Assembly (NCBI GenBank): GCA_026417415.1
Contig: JAOADG010000001.1
Coordinates: 6,671-70,670, forward strand
Length of the DNA: 64,000 nt
Direction: 5' to 3'
Source: a bacterium
Lineage (GTDB): Bacteria; Electryoneota; JAOADG01
Part shown: piece by piece, positions 28,244 through 38,201 of the stretch
How positions within the stretch are numbered: the first letter of the stretch is position 1
How the letters are laid out: the number at the start of each line of letters is the position of its first letter
Position numbers and translations under genes: made by a program
Notes under the pieces: model-generated
Told to the model about the DNA's origin: nothing
Databases searched by the model: none
Seen by the model: the letters and a program-made list of their open reading frames with translations, nothing else

Positions 28244-30657
28244 TGGGTGATTCAAATTTCAATTTTATTTTTTTTCGTTTTTATTTCAAAGTTAGGTTAA
28301 TCTTGTACATTCTAATTGGTTTTATTCTGTTTTCTCCACTTTTTATTAACAATTTTTTTGTGTATGCACAATCGTCTGATGGCATTCAGATAGTAGATAT
28401 TCGAGTAGAATCTTTTGATTTACCTTTGACTGTCGATTCGGCTATGATAGTTCGTCAAAGTGCTTTAATACCAGGTAAAAAAATTACCGGTGAAGATTTA
28501 CAAGAATCAATGCGTTTATTATGGAAACTACAATTGTTCGAACAAATTGAAATTGTGAAAGAACGAGAAGTTGCTGGTGGATACTTTTTAGTTATTCGTG
28601 TAAAGGAGTACCCTCGTCTTGAAGAGTTAAGAATAATTGGAAATAAGAAAATTAAATCAGATGAAATTCGTGAAAAAATTCAATTCAATCGCGGACAGAT
28701 CTTACGTGGTTATGATCTATTCCAAGCAGTTCAAAAAATTAAAAATTTATATTTTGAACAAGGTTACCTTGCAATACAAATTGACACTAAAGTAGAAGAT
28801 GGTTCCACAAAATCATCTAAAAAAGTAACTATAAAAATTAGAGAAGGAAAAAAAGTCAGAATTAAAAAAATAGAGTTTTTTGCAAAGAGTTCACAGGAGA
28901 AATTACCCTTTAGTCAAAGAAAACTCCGTTCAATATTCAAAGAAACAAAGCAACGGGGCTTTTTGCGATCAGGGAAATTTAATGAGGACAAGTATGTAGA
29001 AGATAAAGAGAAGTTATTAACTTATTTCCAGAACCATGGTTATCGGGATGCGTCAATAGTAAAAGATACTATTATTTATTGGGAAAATGGAAAACATTTA
29101 TCTATCTATCTGACCATTGATACAGGCCCAAAGTATTACTTTGGAAACATTCAATTTGAAGGTCAAACCGTATATTCAGAAAAAGAACTTTTATCAAAAT
29201 TAGCATTTAAGAAAAACGATGTGTTCAGTAAAGAAAAACTTGAATTGGGTGGAACAGAAACCATTCGTGGTATGTATTTGGATAAAGGATATTTGGCTTC
29301 CAACATTATGCCCACTCTAATCCCAAGAAATCTATCAGATACAGTGGATACTTTGGATCTTCAGTTTACCATCGTTGAAAATCACCAATTCACAGTTCGA
29401 AAAATCAATATCGAAGGAAATACAAAAACAAAGGAAAGAGTTATACGGCGTGAAATCGTGCAATTCCCCGGTGAGACATTTGACCGATCCAAGATACAGC
29501 GCTCTATGCGCGAACTTACCATACTCAACTTTTTTAATACTGTTGAACCTGATGTTCAACCAGTAGGCGAATCGGAAGTGGACATTACGTTTCGTGTTGA
29601 AGAAAAACAAACTGATCAAGCAAATACTTCCATCGGTTACAGTGGTAGAGATGGTTTGATTGGAGCTATTGGTTTCACTATGCCCAATTTATTTGGAAAC
29701 GGACAACGATTTGTTTTTGATTGGAGTTTTGGGTCGTATTATCGCAATTTTTCAGTTAGTTTTGATGAACCGTATTTAATGTATCCGCAAACCTCTGTAG
29801 GAGTTAGTGCTTACTCCCAAAGACGCGGAGGAGCAAATTATGGTTTTACTGAGACCATTTTAGGAGGAAGTGTTCGATTAGGCAGAAGATTGTCTTACCC
29901 CGATGATTATTTTCGCGTGAATTATTCATACCGATTAGAAGAAACCACGTATTCTGATTTTAGTGCATCGTTTCGTGCGCAAAATCCAAGAAATCTGGAA
30001 GAAAATAAGCCACGATTAAGTAGTTCAATAACTCAAGTGATTACTAGAGATAGTCGGGACAATCCAGAGTTCCCAACGAGCGGTTCTGTTCAATCTTGGG
30101 CTGCAACGTTAGCGGGTGGTATTCTTGGTGGAAAGGATAAATATCTTAAAAATGTAATCACATCTGAATGGTACACACCAACCTTTTGGAAAATAGTGTT
30201 CTATCATTCTTCGGAAATTGGGATTCTTGAAAGTTTGACCAAAAATCCCAATGATATCCCTTACGTAGATTATTTTTTCATGGGTGGATCTGGATTATCC
30301 TATGGAGTACCATTAAGAGGGTATAATGACCAAACTATAGGGCCGCAAACCACTGTAGGAGATTATGCGATTGGTGGAAAATCATTTTTCAAACAGACAG
30401 CTGAAATTCGTTTTCCAATTGTGCCTCAACCTACTATTTATGGATTGTTGTTTGCTGAAGTAGGCAATGTATGGTTATCTCCAAGTGAGATTGATCCAAG
30501 CAATATGAAACGTGCTACTGGTTTTGGAATTCGTATTTTTATGCCTATCGTTGGTCTTATTGGTCTAGACTACGGATATGGTTTTGACCATTTGGATAGC
30601 AATGGAAAAAGAAAAGGAGAATGGATCCCACATTTTCAGTTCGGAAGAGGTTTTTAA
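28243..30657 (+). CDS. bamA: Outer membrane protein assembly factor BamA
   Basis: 804 aa. Repeated POTRA-like units (e.g. VRKINIEGNTKTKERVIRREI) followed by a C-terminal beta-barrel ending in the aromatic FQFGRGF. Sits in the conserved position between uppS and skp. Confidence 0.9.
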   Translation: MGDSNFNFIFFRFYFKVRLILYILIGFILFSPLFINNFFVYAQSSDGIQIVDIRVESFDLPLTVDSAMIVRQSALIPGKKITGEDLQESMRLLWKLQLFEQIEIVKEREVAGGYFLVIRVKEYPRLEELRIIGNKKIKSDEIREKIQFNRGQILRGYDLFQAVQKIKNLYFEQGYLAIQIDTKVEDGSTKSSKKVTIKIREGKKVRIKKIEFFAKSSQEKLPFSQRKLRSIFKETKQRGFLRSGKFNEDKYVEDKEKLLTYFQNHGYRDASIVKDTIIYWENGKHLSIYLTIDTGPKYYFGNIQFEGQTVYSEKELLSKLAFKKNDVFSKEKLELGGTETIRGMYLDKGYLASNIMPTLIPRNLSDTVDTLDLQFTIVENHQFTVRKINIEGNTKTKERVIRREIVQFPGETFDRSKIQRSMRELTILNFFNTVEPDVQPVGESEVDITFRVEEKQTDQANTSIGYSGRDGLIGAIGFTMPNLFGNGQRFVFDWSFGSYYRNFSVSFDEPYLMYPQTSVGVSAYSQRRGGANYGFTETILGGSVRLGRRLSYPDDYFRVNYSYRLEETTYSDFSASFRAQNPRNLEENKPRLSSSITQVITRDSRDNPEFPTSGSVQSWAATLAGGILGGKDKYLKNVITSEWYTPTFWKIVFYHSSEIGILESLTKNPNDIPYVDYFFMGGSGLSYGVPLRGYNDQTIGPQTTVGDYAIGGKSFFKQTAEIRFPIVPQPTIYGLLFAEVGNVWLSPSEIDPSNMKRATGFGIRIFMPIVGLIGLDYGYGFDHLDSNGKRKGEWIPHFQFGRGF

Positions 30658-30668
30658 TAGAGGAAAAT

Positions 30669-31184
30669 ATGAAAAAAATTATTGGTATAATCATTTTAAT
30701 ATTTAGTATTTGGGTTTTAGGAAATGCAAGAGAATTGAAGCTGGCTTATATTAATAGCCAACAGATTATGGCTGAATTTCAAGAATCAATTGATGTTCAG
30801 AAAATTATTGAGCAAGAAGATGCGGAATATGAAAAGAAATTGAAAGTGATGGAAAATGAAATCAAAACTTTGCAAGAATCATTAGAAAAGCAAGGTGCAA
30901 TGCTTTCTGAAGAAAAAAGACAAGCAAGAATTAACGAAATAACTACCAAGATGGAGAATTACGAAAAATTCCGACGTGAAACTTGGGGTCCACAAGGTAA
31001 GTTATACCAACGTCAAGAAGAATTGACTAAACCTGTATTAGACAAAGTAAATGCCGTAATAAAAAGAATAGGTGAAGAAGAAGGATACGATTTTATATTT
31101 GATATTGTTCCTGGTGCAATTGTGTATGCAAAACCTGCAGACGATATTACACAACGGATATTAGACGAATTACAGAAGAAATAA
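30669..31184 (+). CDS. skp: OmpH/Skp family periplasmic chaperone
   Basis: Start at ATG 30669 (MKKIIGIIILIFS signal). The coiled-coil, Lys/Glu/Gln-rich body and the bamA-skp-lpxD synteny support the call. Confidence 0.75.
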   Translation: MKKIIGIIILIFSIWVLGNARELKLAYINSQQIMAEFQESIDVQKIIEQEDAEYEKKLKVMENEIKTLQESLEKQGAMLSEEKRQARINEITTKMENYEKFRRETWGPQGKLYQRQEELTKPVLDKVNAVIKRIGEEEGYDFIFDIVPGAIVYAKPADDITQRILDELQKK

Positions 31185-32210
31185 ATGCGACTTTCTGAAA
31201 TAGCAAAAGAGTTTCATGGAGAACTCATCGGTGAAGATGCGGAGATAGTGCGTCTTGCACGTTTAGAAGACGCAGATAATGGAGATTTAAGTTTTTTATC
31301 CCAATCAAGATACCGTGAATTGGCATTAAAATCTAAAGCTACAGCAATTTTAATCTCTCGAGAAGAACCATTATTGCCGAAAACAGTCATACGAGTAGAT
31401 AACCCTTATCAAGTTTATACTGAATTGTTGCTGCGTTTCTATAAACCACTACCTGAACCGACTGGAATCCATCCATCTGCCATCATTGGAGATAATGTAA
31501 AACTGGGTAACAATGTTGCCATAGGTCCACTTTGTTGTATTGGTGAAAATACTGTAATTGGTGATGATACTATTTTGGTTGGAAGTGTATTCATTGGAAG
31601 AGAAGTTGAAATCGGTTCAAATTGTAAACTTTACCCAATGGTGGTCATACGTGATCGTGTAAAAATTGGGAATCGGGCGGTGATTAAAGATGGTGCTGTG
31701 ATTGGATCAGATGGATTTGCTTTTTTACCTGATGCTTCTGGAAAATATCATCCTGTTCCGCAACTTGGTACAGTTGAAATTGGAGATGATGTGAGCATTG
31801 GTGCTAACACTTGTATCGATCGTGCATTATCAGGGGCTACCAAAATTGGTTCTGGAGTGAAATTAGATAACTTAATTCAAGTTGCACACAATGTAACAAT
31901 TCAAGAAAATACCGTAATTGCAGCACAAACAGGAATTAGCGGTTCTACAAAAATTGGTAAACGAAATAAAATTGGTGGGCAAGTCGGATTTGGTGGACAC
32001 CTCAAAGTGGGGGACGATGTAACTATTGGTGCTCAGAGTGGAATAATTTCAAATATTCAAAATCATTCGGTTTTATGGGGTACACCTGCATTTCCACATC
32101 AGATGATGTTACGGATTGTTGCGTTTTGGAAAAAACTGCCTGAGATTATAAAACGTTTAGAAAAACTTGAAATGGAGTTATTAAAGGACAAAAAGAAAAA
32201 TGGTCATTAA
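31185..32210 (+). CDS. lpxD: UDP-3-O-(3-hydroxyacyl)glucosamine N-acyltransferase
   Basis: 341 aa. LpxD N-terminal domain followed by hexapeptide repeats (IGDNVKLGNNVAIGPLCCIGENTVIGDDT...) and a C-terminal helix. Confidence 0.9.
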   Translation: MRLSEIAKEFHGELIGEDAEIVRLARLEDADNGDLSFLSQSRYRELALKSKATAILISREEPLLPKTVIRVDNPYQVYTELLLRFYKPLPEPTGIHPSAIIGDNVKLGNNVAIGPLCCIGENTVIGDDTILVGSVFIGREVEIGSNCKLYPMVVIRDRVKIGNRAVIKDGAVIGSDGFAFLPDASGKYHPVPQLGTVEIGDDVSIGANTCIDRALSGATKIGSGVKLDNLIQVAHNVTIQENTVIAAQTGISGSTKIGKRNKIGGQVGFGGHLKVGDDVTIGAQSGIISNIQNHSVLWGTPAFPHQMMLRIVAFWKKLPEIIKRLEKLEMELLKDKKKNGH

Positions 32211-33609
32211 GCAGAGAACAATTCAAGGTGAGAATGTTTTAAGAGGTATTGGATTACATACAGGTTGCGATGTGACAATTCGGTTTAAACCTGCACCAAT
32301 AGATCACGGGATTGTTTTTAAGAGAGTAGATTTACCTAACTCGCCAGCTATTCCAGCACATATTGACTATGTAACGGATATTGAAAGAGGTACCACGCTT
32401 AGCATCGGAGATACAAAAGTAAACACGGTTGAGCATGTGCTTGCGGCAGCATATGGATTGGGAATTGACAATTTAATGATTGAATTGGATGCCCCAGAAC
32501 CACCGCGAGGAGATGGTTCTGCAAGACCTTTTGTACAGGTTTTGAAAAATGTTGGGATTTTAATCCAAGATGCTCCAAAAAAATATTACACCATTGATCA
32601 ACCGGTTATCTACCACAATGAAGAAAAGAGAATTGATATTGTAATGGTACCCTCGGATGAGTTTCGTGTGACTTACATGATCGAGTACAAACATCCAAAA
32701 ATTGGTACACAATACACATCATTGTATGATTTGGATAGAGAGTTTGTTGATGATTTTGCGAGTGCAAGAACATTTTGTTTGCTTAGTGAAGTAGAACTTT
32801 TAAAAGAAAGAGGACTCATTAAAGGCGGTTTATACGACAATGCAGTGGTATTTATCGATCGAGAATTAAATGGTGAAGATAAAAAACGTATTCAGAAAAT
32901 GTTTGAGGTCCCCTTAGATAAATCTATTGAAAAAGATGGGATTTTAGGTGACTTGGAATTGGTGTATTACAATGAACCTGTTCGACACAAAGTAGTCGAT
33001 TTAATTGGTGATTTAGCTTTATTGGGAATGCCTGTAAAAGGTCATGTTTTAGCTGCCAGAGCAGGGCATTTTGCACACGTTGAATTGGTCAAACTGCTGA
33101 GAAAACGTCAACAAACGCAAGAGTTGGTAAAAAAATATCAAACCAAATCTTCAAAAGAATATGTATTTGATATAGAAGCCATTCAAAAAATACTTCCTCA
33201 TCGTTATCCCTTTTTGATGGTTGATCGGATAATTGAATTGGTACCGGGTGAATATGTAACTGGGGTGAAAAATGTTTCTATCAATGAACCCTTTTTTCAA
33301 GGGCATTTCCCGGGTCGGCCTGTGATGCCCGGTGTACTTATTACTGAGGCAATGGGGCAGGTGGGAGGAGTATTGTTATTGAACACTGCAAATGATCCGG
33401 GCAATAAGTTGGTATTTTTCACAGGTTTAGACAATGTAAAATTTAGAAAAACAGTTGTTCCTGGTGATCAATTGTTTATGAGAGTGGAGTTGCAATTTTT
33501 TCGTAGAAACATTTGTAAAATGAAAGGAATGGCTTACGTAGCAGATACATTGGTCGCTGAAGCTGAAATGCAAGCAATCATCGTGGACAGAAATCCTGTT
33601 CCACGATAA
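32200..33609 (+). CDS. lpxC/fabZ: Bifunctional UDP-3-O-acyl-GlcNAc deacetylase / 3-hydroxyacyl-ACP dehydratase (LpxC-FabZ fusion)
   Basis: 469 aa. The N-terminal half has LpxC motifs (GIGLHTG, TVEHVLAA, HKVVDLIGDL). The C-terminal third has FabZ motifs (LPHRYPFLMVDRI, FFQGHFPGRPVMPGVL). The fusion is known in the FCB group. Confidence 0.9.
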   Translation: MVIKQRTIQGENVLRGIGLHTGCDVTIRFKPAPIDHGIVFKRVDLPNSPAIPAHIDYVTDIERGTTLSIGDTKVNTVEHVLAAAYGLGIDNLMIELDAPEPPRGDGSARPFVQVLKNVGILIQDAPKKYYTIDQPVIYHNEEKRIDIVMVPSDEFRVTYMIEYKHPKIGTQYTSLYDLDREFVDDFASARTFCLLSEVELLKERGLIKGGLYDNAVVFIDRELNGEDKKRIQKMFEVPLDKSIEKDGILGDLELVYYNEPVRHKVVDLIGDLALLGMPVKGHVLAARAGHFAHVELVKLLRKRQQTQELVKKYQTKSSKEYVFDIEAIQKILPHRYPFLMVDRIIELVPGEYVTGVKNVSINEPFFQGHFPGRPVMPGVLITEAMGQVGGVLLLNTANDPGNKLVFFTGLDNVKFRKTVVPGDQLFMRVELQFFRRNICKMKGMAYVADTLVAEAEMQAIIVDRNPVPR

Positions 33610-33619
33610 AGGAAAAATT

Positions 33620-34426
33620 ATGGTTGAGATTCATCCTACAGCAATAGTTGATCCAAAAGCCGAACTGGGTGATGGAGTAATCGTAGGTCCATATTCCATC
33701 ATTGAAGGAGGAGCTCAAATAGGTGCCAATACCATCATCCAATCCCATGTATTCATTAGTCAATACACCAAAATCGGAAAAAATTGCACCATTGGACATA
33801 GTAGTGTATTAGGGACAAACCCACAGGATTTAAAATTTAAAAATGAACCCACTTATACTATTATCGGAGAAAATAACCTAATCCGTGAATACGTTACCAT
33901 CAACCGCGGTACCACTGCCCATGGAGAAACAAAAGTCGGAAATGATTGTTTGATCATGGCGTATGTACATATTGCCCATGATTGCATTGTCGGAAATGGT
34001 GTTATTTTAGCCAATTGTGTGAACATGGCGGGTCATACAGAAATCAATGATTACGTTAATATCGGCGGTTTGGTTCCCATCCATCAATTTGTTAGGATAG
34101 GTGCCTATGCTTTTATTGGTGGAGGATATCGTGTCCCGAAAGATGTGCCTCCTTTTGCTTTAGCCATCGGTGATCCTTTACGGTATTCAAAATTAAATGT
34201 AGTTGGGTTAAAAAGAAGAGGATTTACTTCAGAAACATTGAAAGAAATTCAAAAAGCATATCGCATCATTTACAATTCGGGCTTGAACATTGCCCAAGGA
34301 CTTCAAAAGGTAAAAAATGAATTACCACAAACGCCTGAAATCAATATGATTCTTGAATTTTTCGACAAAACCAAACGTGGTGTTATTGGCGGGTCAAAAT
34401 CCTATTCCAAAACGTTTGAAGATTAA
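33620..34426 (+). CDS. lpxA: Acyl-ACP--UDP-N-acetylglucosamine O-acyltransferase
   Basis: 268 aa. IHPTAIVDP start, hexapeptide repeats, and the C-terminal helical domain (GLKRRGF..E....IQKAYRIIY). Confidence 0.9.
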   Translation: MVEIHPTAIVDPKAELGDGVIVGPYSIIEGGAQIGANTIIQSHVFISQYTKIGKNCTIGHSSVLGTNPQDLKFKNEPTYTIIGENNLIREYVTINRGTTAHGETKVGNDCLIMAYVHIAHDCIVGNGVILANCVNMAGHTEINDYVNIGGLVPIHQFVRIGAYAFIGGGYRVPKDVPPFALAIGDPLRYSKLNVVGLKRRGFTSETLKEIQKAYRIIYNSGLNIAQGLQKVKNELPQTPEINMILEFFDKTKRGVIGGSKSYSKTFED

Positions 34427-35202
34427 TGATGTGGATACCACCCAAAGAGTGGCGATGGATAAATGATGGTGTCCGAAGTGGCTCTCTTCATATGGCGATT
34501 GATGAAGTACTAACATATCATCCATATCCAACTTTTCGGTGGTATGATTGGGAAAAACCAACGTTATCTTTGGGTTATCACCAAAATAAAAACGATTTAA
34601 ATTGGAATCATATTCTACAAACAGGAATAGATGTTTGTAGAAGACCTACAGGAGGACGAGCGGTATTTCACCAAAATGTTGCTACTTATGCGATTATTCT
34701 CCCACTTAATCACAAACAAGAACCTACTTTATGGGATTTATATCAATGGATCGGTGAATGGTGGTTTAAAACATTAAAGTCCATCCATCCCAACGTTCAA
34801 TTCTATAGTGAACCCATCACTAGACCAGGTGCAAAATTCCAAAGTTGCTTTGTAAGTGGAAATCGTTATGAAATCGTGATTCAACGAAAAAAAGTGATGG
34901 GAAGCGCTCAGAGAAGGTACCAAAGTGCGGTTTTGCAACATGGTTCAATCCGTTTGAAAAATCCAATCGTTTCGGCACAGTACTTTTTTCAATCTATATC
35001 AAAGGATGAACCCATTGAAGAATCGGTAGCCACAAGTTTAGAGGAAGCATGGAATTTACCAATCACATCAATGTTACTTTTTGAAATGTTAAAAGAGATG
35101 TTCCTATCTTTAGGAAATGAAATTACTGAATCTAAACTAACGGAAACAGAAATAGATACTGCACATAGCATTCAAAAACATTTTACTATCGTGAGGGAAT
35201 AA
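34426..35202 (+). CDS. Lipoate-protein ligase / octanoyltransferase family protein (BPL_LplA_LipB catalytic domain only)
   Basis: 258 aa. CRRPTGGRAVFH and KVMGSAQRR...LQHGSI match the LplA/LipM catalytic domain. There is no C-terminal accessory domain. Confidence 0.65.
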   Translation: MMWIPPKEWRWINDGVRSGSLHMAIDEVLTYHPYPTFRWYDWEKPTLSLGYHQNKNDLNWNHILQTGIDVCRRPTGGRAVFHQNVATYAIILPLNHKQEPTLWDLYQWIGEWWFKTLKSIHPNVQFYSEPITRPGAKFQSCFVSGNRYEIVIQRKKVMGSAQRRYQSAVLQHGSIRLKNPIVSAQYFFQSISKDEPIEESVATSLEEAWNLPITSMLLFEMLKEMFLSLGNEITESKLTETEIDTAHSIQKHFTIVRE

Positions 35203-35877
35203 ATGTTGAAAAAACTCTTTTTTTTAGTTTTCATAATCGCAACCCCATCCTTTGCTACTATTGGGGTAGGCGTTCAGTTTGTTAATGATTTTTGGAAAAG
35301 TAACGAAATAATCAACTTACCAGTTCAGTTAAACGATGGAAATACTGCATCTTTAGTACGTGAAGCGATGACCAATCCAAGTGGTATTGGGGCTTTTTTA
35401 GTTATTGGCATCAGCAAATATGAACTTCAAGTGGATGCTGAATATGTAACAAGAAAGTATGAAACTGTATTAACTCGACCCTCTGGAAGTGGACAAATTA
35501 CTGATAAAGTTTCAGCAGTTAACGCAAGAATAGGATTATGCGGAACTATCAAGTACAAAATGTTAAACATTCCTGGATTTACTTTATTTACAGGTGCTGG
35601 TCTTGGGATGCAACTACAAACTCCCATTGTGAATGCAGAATATGTACGAGATGTAGTTCAGGGTGTCAATCAAAATTTTCAAGTCAAATCTTCTGATCTT
35701 TTGAAAAAATCAAACATCAGTGGCTTTCATCTATTGGTTCAAAGTCGAGTTAAACCACCTGCAGCTCCAATAGGTCTGCAAGTTACAGTAAGGGGTTTAA
35801 TTTTGCCCAACACAAAATTTGAGAGACCATCATTGGTTCCAAGTGCGATGATCGGCTTAGGATATTTTCCTTTGTAA
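35203..35877 (+). CDS. Putative outer-membrane beta-barrel protein, unknown function
   Basis: 224 aa with signal peptide MLKKLFFLVFIIATPSFA. Shows alternating hydrophobic beta-strand periodicity. No family recognised. Confidence 0.35.
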   Translation: MLKKLFFLVFIIATPSFATIGVGVQFVNDFWKSNEIINLPVQLNDGNTASLVREAMTNPSGIGAFLVIGISKYELQVDAEYVTRKYETVLTRPSGSGQITDKVSAVNARIGLCGTIKYKMLNIPGFTLFTGAGLGMQLQTPIVNAEYVRDVVQGVNQNFQVKSSDLLKKSNISGFHLLVQSRVKPPAAPIGLQVTVRGLILPNTKFERPSLVPSAMIGLGYFPL

Positions 35878-35903
35878 AAAATTATTAAAAAAAATGAACA
35901 GAT

Positions 35904-35932
35904 ACGGAGCCATTGGGCTCCGTTCGTATTAT
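35904..35932 (+). terminator. Rho-independent terminator
   Basis: ACGGAGCC (35904-35911), loop ATTG, GGCTCCGT (35916-35923), followed by the T-rich TCGTATTATT. Located in the 60-nt gap before dxr. Confidence 0.6.
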
Positions 35933-35937
35933 TCATT

Positions 35938-37092
35938 GTGAAAAGAATTGTATTGTTAGGGGCAACGGGTTCAATAGGACAATCAACCATAGATGTGGTT
36001 GAGAACCATCGTCAACATTTACAAATTTCAACGGTGGTTGCTAAAACCAACGTATTAAAACTAGCGCAAATTGCTATTAAAACCAATGCAACATTTGCTA
36101 TTATTGAAGATGAAACAAAATATCAAGAGTTAAAAACATTATTAAATAATTCTAAAATTCAAACTGCAGCAGGGAAATCCGCTATCTTAGAAGCATGTCA
36201 AGCAGATCATCATGAAATTGTGTTGAATGCATTAGTCGGTGCAGTAGGAGTTGAACCGACTTTAACAGCAATTCAAAGTGGAAAAACAGTTGCGTTAGCA
36301 AATAAAGAATCTCTGGTTTGTGCAGGAAAGTTAATTATTGATGCTGTTAAAAAATATCAGATTCCAATTATTCCTGTAGATTCAGAACACTCTGCAATCT
36401 TTCAAGTGCTTCAAGGTGAATCTTCAGAATCAATCAAAAAAATTGTACTTACAGCATCAGGTGGACCTTTTCGCGAACTGGATTACACGAAATTTGACCA
36501 AATTACCCCTGAGCAAGCGCTAAAACACCCAACTTGGAAAATGGGAAAAAAAGTTACCATTGATTCCTCAACATTGGTAAACAAAGGTCTTGAGATGATT
36601 GAAGCCAAATGGTTGTTTGACACTAAACCAGAACAACTACAAGTTGTGATCCACCCACAATCCATTATTCATTCAATGGTTATTTTTAAAGATAGTTCTG
36701 TAAAAGCACAATTGAGCACACCAGATATGAGATTACCCATTCAATATGCTTTATCTTATCCAGAAAGATGGGATTTGGAAGGTATTCCTAACGATTTTTT
36801 ATCGTATGGGAGCTTAACTTTTCAAGATGTAGATTCTAAAAAATTCCCTGCTATTTCTTTGGCTTTTCATACACTTCAGAGTTCTAGTGGAATGGGTACG
36901 GTACTTAATGCTGCAGACGAAATTGCGGTATCTGCCTTTTTAGAAAGAAAAATAAAATTTACGCAAATTACTCACTTCATTGAAAAAGCGCTAAATTATT
37001 TTAATGGTGCTGAAATCAATTCAATAGAAGATTTTTTCCATTTGGACGATCAAGTAAGGAGAAGATGTACAGAATGGTTAACCTCGATTTGA
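35938..37092 (+). CDS. dxr: 1-deoxy-D-xylulose 5-phosphate reductoisomerase
   Basis: 384 aa with a GTG start. VLLGATGSIGQST, ALANKESLV, PVDSEHSA and LTASGGPFR are Dxr motifs. Confidence 0.9.
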   Translation: MKRIVLLGATGSIGQSTIDVVENHRQHLQISTVVAKTNVLKLAQIAIKTNATFAIIEDETKYQELKTLLNNSKIQTAAGKSAILEACQADHHEIVLNALVGAVGVEPTLTAIQSGKTVALANKESLVCAGKLIIDAVKKYQIPIIPVDSEHSAIFQVLQGESSESIKKIVLTASGGPFRELDYTKFDQITPEQALKHPTWKMGKKVTIDSSTLVNKGLEMIEAKWLFDTKPEQLQVVIHPQSIIHSMVIFKDSSVKAQLSTPDMRLPIQYALSYPERWDLEGIPNDFLSYGSLTFQDVDSKKFPAISLAFHTLQSSSGMGTVLNAADEIAVSAFLERKIKFTQITHFIEKALNYFNGAEINSIEDFFHLDDQVRRRCTEWLTSI

Positions 37093-38201
37093 TATTGTTT
37101 TTATCCTTTTTTAGTTCAACCTTGATGAAACTAGGTTCATTTCTTGTAGTTGTGGGGATAATTGTATTCGTCCATGAGTTAGGGCATTTTATTGCTGCAA
37201 AATCCGTTGGAATTCGTGTTATTCGTTTCAGTATAGGATTTCCACCTCGATTATTCAGTTGGAAAAGCAAAGGTACGGATTTTCAAATTGGTGCAATTCC
37301 ATTTGGTGGTTATGTCAAAATGGCAGGTGTAATTGATGAATCGTGGGGCGATAAAGAATCTGCAATTACAGGAGCTCCAGATGAGTTTACTTCTAAAAAT
37401 GTTTTTCAAAAAACGTGGGTATTGTCTGCTGGTGTTCTTTTCAATATCGTTTTTGCTTGGTTACTCGCAATCATAATATCATTTTTTCAAGGGAAACCGC
37501 TTGTAGCTGAACCTGTAGTTGGAAATGTAGTCGAAAATTTACCTGCTGCAATTGATTTAAAATTACAAGAAAATGATCGAATCATACAGATTGATACGGT
37601 TCCTATCCATCATTGGAATGATATTACTTCAATCATTCATACACATCCCAATAAAAATCTTTCTTTTGTTTGGGTAAGAGGGAACGATACATTAACTGGA
37701 ATTACTTCACCCATAGAGAGACCGATCAACACGGATGATGGTACAATCCGAAAAGTAGGTCTAATTGGGATTTCGCCAAAAGTTCAGTATGCAGATATTT
37801 CGCTGATCGAGGCAATTCAGATAGGAAGCCAAATGACATGGTTTATTATCAAAAACACATTCATTGGTTTCTACAATTTATTTACTGGTACTTCCACAAT
37901 TAAAGAATTAGTAGGTCCTATTGGTATCGTAAAACTATCTGGTGAATCAGTTCAGAGTGGAACATCTTCCTTTTTTAGTTTCATTCTTTTAATATCTATA
38001 AGCGTTGGGTTAATCAATATTTTACCTATTCCAATGTTAGATGGAGGTCATATTTTAATTGCATGGATTGAAGCGATTAGAAGAAAGTCTATATCTATTG
38101 AATGGAAAATAAGAATACAGAAAATTGGAATGATATTTTTATTGCTATTGATTATTTGGGTGAGCTATCACGACATTTTACGATTATGGAGTAATCCTTG
38201 A
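37065..38201 (+). CDS. rseP: RIP metalloprotease RseP (site-2 protease, M50 family)
   Basis: HELGHF zinc motif, a central PDZ-like region and C-terminal NILPIPMLDGGH. The start is uncertain: ATG 37065 or 37074, or TTG 37089 giving a TTGA overlap with the dxr stop. Confidence 0.85.
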   Translation: MYRMVNLDLILFLSFFSSTLMKLGSFLVVVGIIVFVHELGHFIAAKSVGIRVIRFSIGFPPRLFSWKSKGTDFQIGAIPFGGYVKMAGVIDESWGDKESAITGAPDEFTSKNVFQKTWVLSAGVLFNIVFAWLLAIIISFFQGKPLVAEPVVGNVVENLPAAIDLKLQENDRIIQIDTVPIHHWNDITSIIHTHPNKNLSFVWVRGNDTLTGITSPIERPINTDDGTIRKVGLIGISPKVQYADISLIEAIQIGSQMTWFIIKNTFIGFYNLFTGTSTIKELVGPIGIVKLSGESVQSGTSSFFSFILLISISVGLINILPIPMLDGGHILIAWIEAIRRKSISIEWKIRIQKIGMIFLLLLIIWVSYHDILRLWSNP